Shown here piece by piece: positions 13,228 through 24,136 of a stretch of 64,000 nucleotides of DNA. The translations under genes and the position numbers were made by a program. Every line of letters starts with the position of its first letter. Positions within the stretch are counted from its first letter, which is position 1. Source of the stretch: Eledone cirrhosa (taxonomy: Eukaryota); assembly GCA_964016885.1 (NCBI GenBank), contig OZ024758.1:28644001-28708000 (forward strand). The letters are read 5' to 3'. The notes under the pieces are model-generated. The model was not told where the DNA came from and made no database searches. It saw only the letters and a program-made list of their open reading frames with translations.

Positions 13228-13452
13228 AATTGTTTCTACTTTATGCACAAGGCCAGCAATTTGAAGTGTGGGGGGGGGGGGGCTAAGTCAATTAAATTGA
13301 CCCCAGTGCATTATTGGTGCTTTGTTTTATCGACCTCGAAAGGATGAAAGGCAAAGCTAACCTTGACAGGATTTGAACTCAGAACGCAAAGCGCCGTAAC
13401 TCTATGCAACAAAGCATATTATCCGATGCTCTACCGATATTGCCAATCCACC
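13228..13452 (-). mobile_element. SINE family B (variant with G-run insert)
   Basis: Same core and AATTGTTTCTACT tail as the 11234 copy. Confidence 0.85.
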
Positions 13453-14428
13453 AATAATGATTGCAAAACGTTACTAAAAATGTGTTAAGATGTTAACTAT
13501 GAAAAAAAAAAAACATTCAACAATTTTGTAATTTTACTCTTTTGTAAATAATTTTTCTTTCAAGAAAAATTTAATTCACTTTTATATATATGTAAATGAC
13601 TGCAAACTAGAAAATGCCAAGGCAAATTTCATGCTTTTCTTTAAAACTAATTTAAGTATAAAAGCATATTTTTAAAACAAAGATAAATTACTTTTTTTTT
13701 ATTGTTACATATACTTATAAGTCTTAAAAGAATGTTAATAGTGTTATTATTATTATTACCATTTCTAAATAATGCATCATAAAGAGGAAAAAGAAACAAT
13801 CTATAAACCTCACTGCATAAACTCTTTTAAAATGTTGTTTACTGTTTACAATACATGATAAGCACAACTTTTAAAAATAACTTAAAAGCACAGACTCTAT
13901 ACAGAAACAAAAGTACATCAAAATGCTTACAATAGGAACAGCATTAAGATTAACATCATCAACAGCAGAAATTCCATATTGTTCAATAACCAGCCACAAA
14001 AATACAGAACATATTCAAATAAAAAATACATCATATTATACTAGCATTTCTGTTTTAATCTACAATGCAAATACCAAATTAAATCTAAATATGAAGAAAA
14101 TAGACATTAAATCAACAAAACTAATTATAAAACAATAAACAATAGTAATAAGGTCTTGGTACAAAAAATACTTTCTGGGAAACAACACAATTTTGATGAG
14201 TATAAGACATCCATTAAACATCCATTAAGCCCTTATGCTTTTTTATATTTTAAATGAGTAATAATTACCTTATCTGGCATTTTGTTACAGGATCTTTGTA
14301 TGAGTGACTATCAAAAGATTAAAAAATATAAATTATTTCCAATTAAATTTCGAAAAATTATTTATAGCCAATGATGTCAAGTTCAGACATACCAGATTAA
14401 ACAAAACACATATTTAAATAGACTTACA

Positions 14429-14488
<60 letters not shown>

Positions 14489-14504
14489 TCTTAGTAAAAC
14501 TTAC

Positions 14505-14585
14505 CCGGGACATTTGTTCCACTAAGTGAAGTCTACCATCGAGTTCTCGACGTACTTGTGCTGCTTGTTCATCAGCATTATCAAG
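14505..14585 (-). CDS. CADPS: CADPS second coding exon (81 nt, LDNADEQAAQVRRELDGRLHLVEQMSR)
   Basis: Read manually from the minus strand: pyrimidine-rich acceptor ...TTTGATTTATAG|CTTGATAAT and donor CGG|GTAAGT. The peptide continues the CAPS sequence directly after ACQ (LDNxDEQAAQxRRELDGRL). Phase 0/0. Confidence 0.95.
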
Positions 14586-14738
14586 CTATAAATCAAAGAA
14601 AAATGAATGACAATTGTAATGATATAAATACAGAATACTGTTACATAATTTTAAAATAAAAAAGCAATTTTAAAAACATTTCAATGCCAAATCGGTTCAC
14701 TGCTTTTTATAAATACATTGAAAATACATATATATATA

Positions 14739-15113
14739 CAGGGATCCCCTGGCATTCACAGTCCCGACATTCATGGTCGCGGTTATTTGCGGGATTTTCT
14801 TTAGAACCTAAATAATAATTGTTCGTGGAAACCACCGCATATTTGCAGAATCATAAATATCTTCTGTGATTCTTTATGGCTTTTCTCGTAGCAATATATA
14901 TATTTTTAACATTAAATTATCAATAACAATATACCATAGTTGCTGGCCTATTGGATGCCCCTTCGCATAAGAAGCTCCCCCTTTTTGTATTATATTTTAC
15001 ATTATATTTTGACGTTTATAGGCATTTTTATGGACCACGTCCACTATTCATGGTTTTTCACTCTTAGCAGGTGCTCTAGGAACATAACCCCTGTCAATAC
15101 TGGGAGACAACTG
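14739..15113. mobile_element. pogo/Tigger-like MITE
   Basis: TA-CAGGGATCCCC ... GGGAGACAACTG-TA ends with internal ATTCRCGG-like subrepeats. Confidence 0.6.
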
Positions 15114-15514
15114 TATATAGTTATTCATTGAGATTGATCTATTTTCTTATCAAAAATATATTTTGATACCACATTTGTGGTGCTTTATTTTCTAATTTCC
15201 ATCTAACAAACCCCTAAATTGCAATTTTATCTACAGAACCAGATCTTATGTATTTTACTTAAGGTAAGCTCTTTGGTATTGTAATTATTTTAACAATAAC
15301 TATCAGTGGAAAACTCCAGCACCCCTTTGTAGTGGGATGTGATTGAGTATGTGGGTCTTCTCCGATGATTTTTCTCTTTTTTTAATTTTTTTTATGTTTT
15401 ATATATATTGTATATACTTCGATGGAATAAACTTTTTATATAATCAGGGTCTCATATATGTAACAATGTGCATTTTAAAACTTGGTCTTAAAAATGTTTG
15501 GAAATAATAATACT

Positions 15515-16096
15515 AATAATTGTTTCTACTTTTGGCACAAGGCCAGCAATTACCCAGTACATTACTGGTACTTTATTTTATCAACCCCGTAAGGATGAAA
15601 GGCAAAGTTAACCTCGGCGGGATTTGAACTCAGACCATAAAGGGTCGTAACTATGCTAGAAAGCATGGCGACCGACCCTCTACCAATACTGCCAAATCAC
15701 TGCCCTTAATAATAATTGTTTCTACTTTTGGCACAAGGCCAGCAATTATCTCAGTGTATTACTGGTACTTTATTTTATCGACCCCATAAGGATGAAAGGC
15801 AAAGTTAACCTCGGCAGGATTTGAACTCAGACCATAAAGGGCCATAACTCTTTGTTGCAAAGCATGGCGTCCGACCCTCCACCGATACTACCAATCCAAA
15901 TACTAATAATAATTGTTTCTACTTTAGGCACAAGGCCAGCAATTACCCAGTGCATTACTGGTACTTTATTTTATCGACCCCGTAAGGATGAAAGGCAAAG
16001 TTAACCTCGGCAGGATTTGAACTCAGATCGTAAAGGGACGTAACTATGCTGGAAAGCATGGCGTCCAACCCTCCACCGATACTGCCAATCCACCGC
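15515..16096 (-). mobile_element. Three head-to-tail copies of SINE family B
   Basis: Units at about 15515-15705, 15708-15898 and 15905-16096, each starting AATAATTGTTTCTACTTT on the plus strand. Confidence 0.92.
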
Positions 16097-16129
16097 TAAT
16101 AATAATATACATTTAATATCATTAGTTGA

Positions 16130-16300
16130 TCATGGTCATGAATCTTGAGTAATGACCAAAAGAATACAATGAGCTTGGCTGGTCATGCTGAGGCATCCAG
16201 CCAGATCAGTTGGAGACAGTTTCTTCTGACAACCCACTGGAGGGAGTATTTGAGGACTCTTCCCCATGACCCTCTCAGGAATGAGTCGGTGAAGAAGACG
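16130..16300 (+). mobile_element. Rex3/Expander-like RTE 3' fragment
   Basis: Homologous to ~24005-24136 (GAGCTTGGCTGGTCA...TGGAGGGAG...GAGGACTCT...GAAGAAG). Confidence 0.7.
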
Positions 16301-16467
16301 AATAGTTTGTCATTCAAACAGCTCAGTTAGTTGACAATAATCAATATATTTTCGAAATGTTTACTCTAATTTCAGTTAAACATGCAGAGCTGCTGTTACA
16401 GTTTCAGGATTGGGGGCAGAATTAAGTATATATACTGTACATGTGTATTATTATTATTATTCAGAAT

Positions 16468-16640
16468 CAGTAGAAGGTTGGACGCCATGCTTTGCAGCAT
16501 AGAGTTACGGTCCTTTACAGTCTGAGTTCAAATCCTGCCGAGGTTAACTTTGCCTTTCATTCTTACGGGGTCGATAAAATAAAGCACCAGTAATACACTG
16601 GGGTAATTGCTGGCCTTGTGCCAAAAGTAGAAATAATTAT
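16468..16640 (+). mobile_element. SINE family B, inverted relative to neighbouring copies
   Basis: GAGTTCAAATCCTGCCGAGGTTAACTTTGCCTTTCAT...GGCCTTGTGCCAAAAGTAGAAA. Confidence 0.9.
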
Positions 16641-16868
16641 TAGTTCATGCTTTTTTATCTTCAATACAAGAAAGACTAAGAAAGAAATTAAAGACAAGAT
16701 CTTACTAACGTATTTAGAGTCAACAGAAAATCAGTGTAGTAAAAGCCAAAGCACAAGTATATTGAAACAAATTATTGGCATGTGGCCACACTTAGTAATT
16801 ATAGAGTGTAGACACCTTTTTTCTTACCTTCAAATATAAAGAGTTCCACATAAATACCAACATATATA

Positions 16869-17078
16869 TAGGGCGAGCATAAAGTCTTTCCCTGATTATG
16901 AAATACCATATCTAGGAAACTATTCGAGATTTTACTTTTTCATTGTTTTAATTTATAAATTTTAAGTTTAAAGTTTTTCTGAACATGTTTTATATTTTCT
17001 CTTCTACAAGAAATAGTTGTAATTTTCAGTAAAAAAGTGGCATCTAGAAACAAAAAGAAAGACTTTATGCTCACCCTG
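16869..17078. mobile_element. Tc1/mariner-like MITE
   Basis: TIRs AGGGCGAGCATAAAGTCTTTC / GAAAGACTTTATGCTCACCCTG with TA flanks. Confidence 0.8.
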
Positions 17079-17404
17079 TATATCTTTTCTTCACTTTTAT
17101 AATATCAAGCTGCTCTACCCCAGTCACTATGCCCAACTGTTAGTCCCAGTTTTTATGTCTCAACACAAATACAATTCTGTGTTGATCTACCCAAATTCAA
17201 GCCCCTCATTTTAAACTGTTTGATACCTAAACAACTATGAACTCTAGTAATTTATATATCCAGGTATGACTTTGCAAACAATTCTCAGAAATTAGTTTCT
17301 TTCTCAAACAAACACATTTCATTTTAATTCAAAATATAAATTCAAGCATGGCTGTGATTTAGGAATTTGGTCCCACTGCATGGTATCTTAGACAAGTATC
17401 TTAA

Positions 17405-17755
17405 ATAATAATAATAATGAAATTATTATTTACAGTGCTCAGGTGCACTACAACTCATCAAAAGTGCATCTATAGTACATAGAATAAATTACAAATGTCA
17501 GGAAAGTGAACAGCATATGAATCATGATATACACACATACATGCATGTACGGAGGCAGAATATCAGGTGTAGTGTTGATGAATTTTGGGATGCATGGAAG
17601 TTTTGAAAGATGCAGTGTCCCGACAGCTAACAACTGATGCAGGTATTTTTGTCCATGCTTCAGTAACTCTGAGCATGAAAAAATGTTTTCAAAAGCCATG
17701 GGACTGTGCTGTTTTCTGATTTTGTAAGCATGTCCACGTGTGTTAGACACATTCA
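17405..17755 (-). mobile_element. CR1-clade LINE 3' end
   Basis: NTRGHAYKIRKQHS motif and (ATT)n tail. A second copy lies at 58870-59150. Confidence 0.8.
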
Positions 17756-18170
17756 TCTTCTATGATAGACTAACTAATACCTTTTGAGTAAAATTTAACA
17801 GGTAGAAAGTCTGTGAAATATTGTATATATCATCATTATCATCATCACCTTGTGTCCATGTTTCTATGTTGGGATGGGTTGTTATAGACCAAGTTAGAAT
17901 TTAATTGTAGCCACAGTCCTCTTAGATAAGTCGGATGACCAGAACTTGATCAAATATATTCCAATTTGATGTAGGGGGGGGGGGGCGTCTTTACATATGT
18001 TTTTGTGTTGACACGTCTTAAAAACAAATACAGCTAAGTGGTTTGATGGAAGTTCAATGGAATAAGTACCTTATAAATATGTAAGGGCTGGTATCAGGAA
18101 GTTCTTCCAGCCATAAAACACTGCTTCAAAGAGTTTCATCTAGCCCAAGCCAGCATGAAAAAGCAGGCAT

Positions 18171-18466
18171 AATGATGTTGATGATGAAGGTGTGGATGAT
18201 GATGATGATGATGATGATGATGGCAATGATAATCATGGTGATGGGGATTATGATGGTTATGATGATGATAATGGCAATAATGGTGGTGATGATAGTGATC
18301 ACAGTGATAATGGTAATGATAACCATGATGGTGGTGATGATAGTGGTGTTAATGAAAGTGATAATGGTTGTGACAGTGTTGATGATGATAATGGTGATGA
18401 TGATGATGGAGGTAATGATAATCATGATGGTGGTAATGATGCATATGATGATGGTGATGGTGATGA
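18171..18466. repeat. Degenerate (ATG/GAT)n expansion continuing a SINE/RTE tail
   Basis: Preceded by a decayed GGTATCAGGAAG...CCAGCATGAAAAAGCAGG tail. Explains the poly-M, poly-D and poly-I ORFs. Confidence 0.85.
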
Positions 18467-18919
18467 TTTCATCCAATGTTCTGGTCTAGATTATTTATCT
18501 CTTACACCCAATACTCAATTTTCACCTTATAAGCTTGTATGAACAGATAATATAACTTGTTTCATGAAGCAGTTATAAATAGTAAATAGGAGTTTTACAG
18601 AAATATTCAAACAGAGAAATAGAAATGAACTTTACATGATTCCCAACAAAACCTTATCAAAATTTTAATCCCTAATTGAAATTTGAGAAATCAATAACTA
18701 AATTTCTAAGAAATGACCCTTAGTTACTATATGATTTATTAGTTAACTAGCTGGCCCCCGTATCATCAAAAATGAGGGTTTATACATAATATAAAAAAAA
18801 AAAGAGATGTTTGTTTGTTGCTTTGTTGGTTGGTTGGTTGGTTCCTTCACACTCACTTACACAAGTGATACAAACACACAACTGTGATGAATTTTAGAAT
18901 GCTGTACTTCTATAGTTTC

Positions 18920-19303
18920 TCACCCCTCCTTCCTCAGTCAACGTAATCACCCCTTCCTTCCTCAGTCAACGTAATCACCCCTTCCTTCCTCAGTCAACGT
19001 AATCGCCCCTTCCTTCCTCAGTCAACGTAATCACCCCTTCCTTCCTCAGTTAACGTAATCACCCCTTCCTTCCTCAGTCAACGTAATCACCCCTTCCTTC
19101 CTCAGTCAGCGTAATCACCCCTTTCTTCCTCAGTCAACATAATCACCCCTTCCTTCCTCAGTCAACATAATCACCCCTTCTTTCCTCAGTCAACATAATC
19201 ACCCCTTCTTTCCTCAGTCAACATAATCACCCCTTCCTTCCTCAGTCAACGTAATCATACTTTCCTTCTTCAGTTAATGTAATTACCTCTTCCTTCCTCA
19301 GTC
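18920..19303. repeat. Minisatellite, 28-bp unit TCACCCCTTCCTTCCTCAGTCAACGTAA, about 13-14 copies
   Basis: Units start at 18947, 18975 and onward. CG>CA variants occur in later units and the array decays at its right end. Confidence 0.95.
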
Positions 19304-20350
19304 ATCTCTACTGTTTTACAGACAAAAATCCCGCCAAGGTTAACTTTGCCTTTCTTCCTTATAGGGTCAATAAAATAAAGCACCAGTAATACACTGAGAT
19401 AATTACTGGCCTTGAGCCAAAAGTAGAAACAATTAAATTAGCAGATTCTTAATGTCCTATTCAGCATGAAACCATATTAGCAAGATATTCTTGGAAACAA
19501 TACTATGAGTTCACATTAAAATTTAAAGTCTTTATTGTAGTTTACAGTATATTTTTACAATAAATCCTCCAAACGTTTATAATATCTTTATATTATAAAC
19601 GTTTGGATTAACAAACCCATTTTTAGATATTTTCTGCTAAATCATTACAGGATGTTAAGTGTTAATATATTACTACCAGTTGGATAAAAAAAAAAATAAT
19701 GGTTACTAAAATTGGACTTTGAGTATGTATATTATCCTAAGCAAATAAAGATTATCTAAGATGCTTATCATGAGATTAAAAATCTCAAAATCTACCAGAT
19801 TGTTGCATAAATGTCAGAATATAAGGATGGAAATCAAGACAAAAAGTATTAGGCTTGCATATCTAATTGAAAAACAAAAAGATAGTGAAAAGATACATGT
19901 CCACCAGATGTAAAACTTTAATTACAACAAGCATTTTAAGACTATTTTTTACACTAAATCTGGGATTAGCCTTGCAGGCCTCGTGACATATTGTCTTGTT
20001 CATCCAACTCTAAAATCTTGCCTTAAAATTTAAGGCAAAATTTTAGAGTTGGATACCGTTCCTGGTCCCATCTCTTTTAGTTGCTTCTAACAACAAGCAG
20101 AGATAAAGTGTACCTATTCTGAACTAGATATACAGTCATATACAAATGTAAAATTATATATATACAATAAATAGGAGAGACAGTTTTATTTGTACATCCC
20201 TATTTTATTCACTATACATATTTCGAAGATATAAGTAGTTATATAATCACTGCCTTACACGTTCTCTTCAGACAAACATACAAACAAGATTTAATATTCC
20301 AGTTGGACATGTTATTCACCTCGCTAATCAACACACACACACCCACACAA

Positions 20351-20385
<35 letters not shown>

Positions 20386-20885
20386 CACAAAATCAAATTG
20401 AAAAACTTGACAACAGCTGTTACTGTTAAAATGAAGTCTACAAAATTATTAATTCATACTAAAGACCTTTATTAAAATATTGTTTAGCACTCAACCATTG
20501 TTATATAAAATCAAAGAGAAATGGTACAATCATACCAATGACCTTCATCAAACAGCTGAAATGCAGGACATTGTTTATGCAGGACATAAACAAACATCAT
20601 CGCCTACTTTTAAGCTATGTCAATATGAAGAAAGACATGTGGAGACAGATAGACAATCAGTCACACACTTGTGACAAGCTTTCTCTAAGTTCCCATCTAC
20701 CAATTTCACTAATAAGACATTGGTCAATCTGGAGCTATAATAGAAGACACTTATCCAAGGTGCCATGCAGTAAATTGAAACAGAAAATGCCATATTATCT
20801 AGATAAATTTTCAAATAAAAAGAATAATTGATTAAATTACATAATTAGTTGGTATCTGATTGACAAAAAGTCACCAGTAGTTTGA

Positions 20886-21033
20886 ATAATGATTGTTTCT
20901 ACTTTTGGCACAAGGCCAGCAAATACCCCAGTGCTTTATTTTATCGACCCCATAAGGATGAATAAGGATGAAAGGCAAAGTTAACCTTGACAGGATTTGA
21001 ACTCAGAACGTAAAGGGCCATGACTATGCTGCA
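20886..21033 (-). mobile_element. SINE family B, partial
   Basis: Shared core and tail. Confidence 0.8.
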
Positions 21034-21822
21034 AAGAATGATAATAATATATTATATTTAGAACAAATTGCATTTAATCATGTCACCATATGTATATTTA
21101 CACAGTTTTCCAGAAATGTAGTTTTCAGTCAATCATTTGAAAAATCTGTGTTAGATTTTTTAAGGTGAAAATATTCACTGAAGCTAATACGATATTGCTG
21201 CTTTTGAAGAATTCAATGTAATAGACAAGACTACATTGCAAACAAGAAGTTCTAAAAATATGTAGTTTGAAAGGAGACATATTAAACAAGATATTTTTAC
21301 TCTAGCAACATATAAAAATGTTATAGATGCCTGCAATGTGATTTGTAAGCTAAAAACAACAATGGCTGCTAGTTTTAATTGCAAACAATTATAGGAGTTT
21401 GAAATACTGGCACATGAGATAAGCAACTCCCCTCACCCTGGCCTTTTACCAAGAAGACTAATAAATGAATGCATTTCTTTTCTCCATAAAGGCAATAAAT
21501 TAACTTTATTAGCGTTACAGTAAAATTTTTCAGTAGCATTTGTCTTCAACATTTCAATATGAGAAAGACTATATCAGTTTGATCAAAGCTTCGAGTATAC
21601 CTAATACTGTCAGCAATCAACTATTATATATTTCAACAACTTCAAATCTGCTTTTGACCCAGTTATAAAATGTTCAGAATATAGGATGCATTACAAAACG
21701 TCCTTGAAACTAAAATCATACAAAATGGTGAAGTGTATTCCAATATAGTGTTATAGTGTTTTAGAGCTAATTAAGTTATTGATGCTGGTGATGTTGTTAC
21801 TATTTGTGTGTGCATATATATA

Positions 21823-21901
21823 CAGGGTGTCCCTAAAGAATGTATACACATATTCATTAGAATGCTGTTGAAGTTCGTATACATTTTTTGGGGACACCCT
21901 A
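21823..21901. mobile_element. Tiny (~79 bp) Tc1/mariner-like MITE
   Basis: TA-CAGGGTGTCCCTAAAGAATGTATAC ... GTATACATTTTTTGGGGACACCCTA-TA. Confidence 0.8.
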
Positions 21902-22184
21902 TATATATCAAACAAATAGTAGAAAGGAAAAAGATTTTTTCAGTAGAAAATGTTGAAGAGATCTTTTCAGTGAAATATCAAAACAATTTATTTACAATAC
22001 CAGTTTCAGCATTATATGCATTGTCAATTTCAGATATGCAGAATATTGTTAAGTTGCATATTTGTACAAATAGTGATAATAATAATAATTCTTTCTAGTA
22101 TAGGCACAAGGCCAGTAATTTGGGGCGAGGGGAAAGTCGATTAAATCGACCCCAGTGCGTTACTGGTGCTTTGATTTTATCTAC

Positions 22185-22525
22185 CACATCAAGACGTAAA
22201 TTATCCGCATATTGTTTGTACTATCCATTAGGTTATGTGGGCTGTAATACATTATGCCCTAATGGATAGTACGAACAATACTTTACGCCTTGATATGGTA
22301 GTTCTCATCGCTCCACATAACAACATATTATCTTCGCCTTTTTCCGTTCATTGCCTGAGAACGTCTTCACAAACCAAAGTATCGTCTTCCTGTTTTCCTT
22401 CAGTCGTAACGTTTTTAGAAATATTTACTTCTGCGTTCACAGATTGATTTTTTTAGTTTCAGAAGATCCCGTTAAGGGTGAAAGCAGCGATCGATTCTTT
22501 GCTTAAACTTTAATCTGTTATTTTT
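22185..22525 (+). mobile_element. (TA)n-adjacent repeat with hammerhead-like 3' motif (Penelope-like/retrozyme-like), copy 1
   Basis: About 200 bp shared with 29160-29375. Ends in a type-I hammerhead-like fold at 22439-22518. Confidence 0.55.
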
Positions 22526-22534
22526 TTATATATA

Positions 22535-23192
22535 TCATCATCATCATCACCGTTTTACGTCCGTTCTTCCACGCTAGCATGGGTTAGATGGGTTGTCCTG
22601 TTGTGGGCAGTGTCTGGTCGGCTGACCATGCCTTGCTCATACAGGAACTGATCTGGCTTGATTTCTACAGCTGGATGCCCTTCCTAACACCAACCTCATT
22701 TACAGTGAGTGCTGGGTGCTTTTTCGTGGCGCCTACACATCCACTTTACAGTGTGGGCTGGGTGCTTTTTTTGCCGTGGCACCTCCACGACCACCTTGCG
22801 GTGGGGGGGGGGGGCATATTGTTTATATGCTTCAGCATGTACCCATGGGAAGTCGGGTACCCTGTATTACTGCGTGACGCCAGAAGTCACGGTCGTGTGT
22901 CATTGACTTTGAGAGGTGTAGTTGGGTAAGGTCGGCTTTTATCACCTCATCCCAAGTCATCTTGGGTCTCCCCACTCCGCGGTTTCCATCAACTTCTAGT
23001 GCTCTGCACCTTTTTATGCAGCTGTCATCCTTCATACGCATCACATGTCCATACCAGCGTAACCGCCTCTCCTGCACGCAGCATTTGATTCCTCTTATGC
23101 TCAGTCTCTCTCTCAATTCCTTTATGCTTTGTCGTTCACGTATATTACTGTTACACATCCATCGGAGCATGCAGGCTTCGTTTCTCTCTAAT
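22535..23192 (-). mobile_element. RTE LINE 3' fragment (same family as 6601-8078)
   Basis: LRWMCNSNIRERQSI...RLRWYGHVMRM...GRPKMTWDE plus 3' UTR and (ATG)n tail. Confidence 0.9.
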
Positions 23193-23747
23193 CTACATAT
23201 ATATATATATATATATAAGGAACATTGTCTTTTGTATGGTGTAATGATTCGTTGTATTTTATGTTCTCTGCTATTCTTAGATAGTGCTACTTTAACTCAT
23301 TTCATTACCATATTTTTTAATGAAATACATTGTATTTGAAGCAATTAATGAAGAATTTCAAGAGCTTTATTAAAATTATTAATTATTTCATCTCTAAACC
23401 AGTATTTGTAACATAATTTAACAAAAAGTTTATATAAAGTTATGCTGAACGATTTTAATTTAAATAGCAACCTTTTAAAACAAGTGGTTTTGTTTCATAG
23501 AACCAGATGTGATTTGGGGCAGGCTGGCATCAAAAGCTTTGTTTTTTTATTTAGGAGCCAGCTTTCTGAGCCATTGATGTAGAGTTGGAGTAGTTGGTGG
23601 GAAGATGTAAGTGGGATAGCATTTGCATATGAGGCTGTGTATATTGTATATACTTGTGTGTAATGTAAATTTTTATGATCAAATTTTTAGGCAAAAAATA
23701 GGTGGAGGGCTTTTATGAATTTTCTAAAATAATGACTGAAAGAATAT

Positions 23748-24136
23748 GATCGCAAACACAAGCGGCTGAAATGGGGTTCTTCTGAAGGGTCTTTGGAGTA
23801 ATGTTACTCGATAAAGTGTGTAGCTTGGAGATCAGAGAGTTATTCCAAATAGAGCCACTACTTCTCTGAATTGAAAGATCACAGCTCCAATACTATGGGC
23901 ATGTGGTTAGAATGTCTCAAGAAAGAATCGCTGAACTGATTTTACAGGCAATACCAACCAGCAGGAGACCCAGGAGCAGACTCCAAGCAAGATGGTTGGA
24001 TAACATCCATGAGCTTGGCTGGTCAGGCTTGAGGATCTAGCCGGATCAGTTGGAGATGGTTGCTTCTGACAGGACCCGCTGGAGGGAGTGTTTGAGGACT
24101 CTGCCCCCTCTCAGGAATAAGTGGCCGAAGAAGAAG
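23748..24136 (+). mobile_element. Rex3/Expander-like RTE LINE 3' end, pseudogenised
   Basis: Reads QAAEMGF...IEPLLL*IERSQLQYYGHVVRMSQER...RRPRSR...RWRECL with stops. Ends in (GAA)n. Confidence 0.8.

Noticed and set aside
1-14504. Third CADPS coding exon (expected to resemble RKFPKF...MYIEEL)
   Set aside because: Not found by eye. It probably lies beyond the window start; tBLASTn would settle this.
18126-18542. Poly-Asp, poly-Met and poly-Ile ORFs
   Set aside because: Degenerate (ATG)n expansion of a retroposon tail; no gene context.
18920-19303. CRISPR-like 28-bp repeat array
   Set aside because: Units are contiguous with no unique spacers, there are no cas genes, and the context is eukaryotic.
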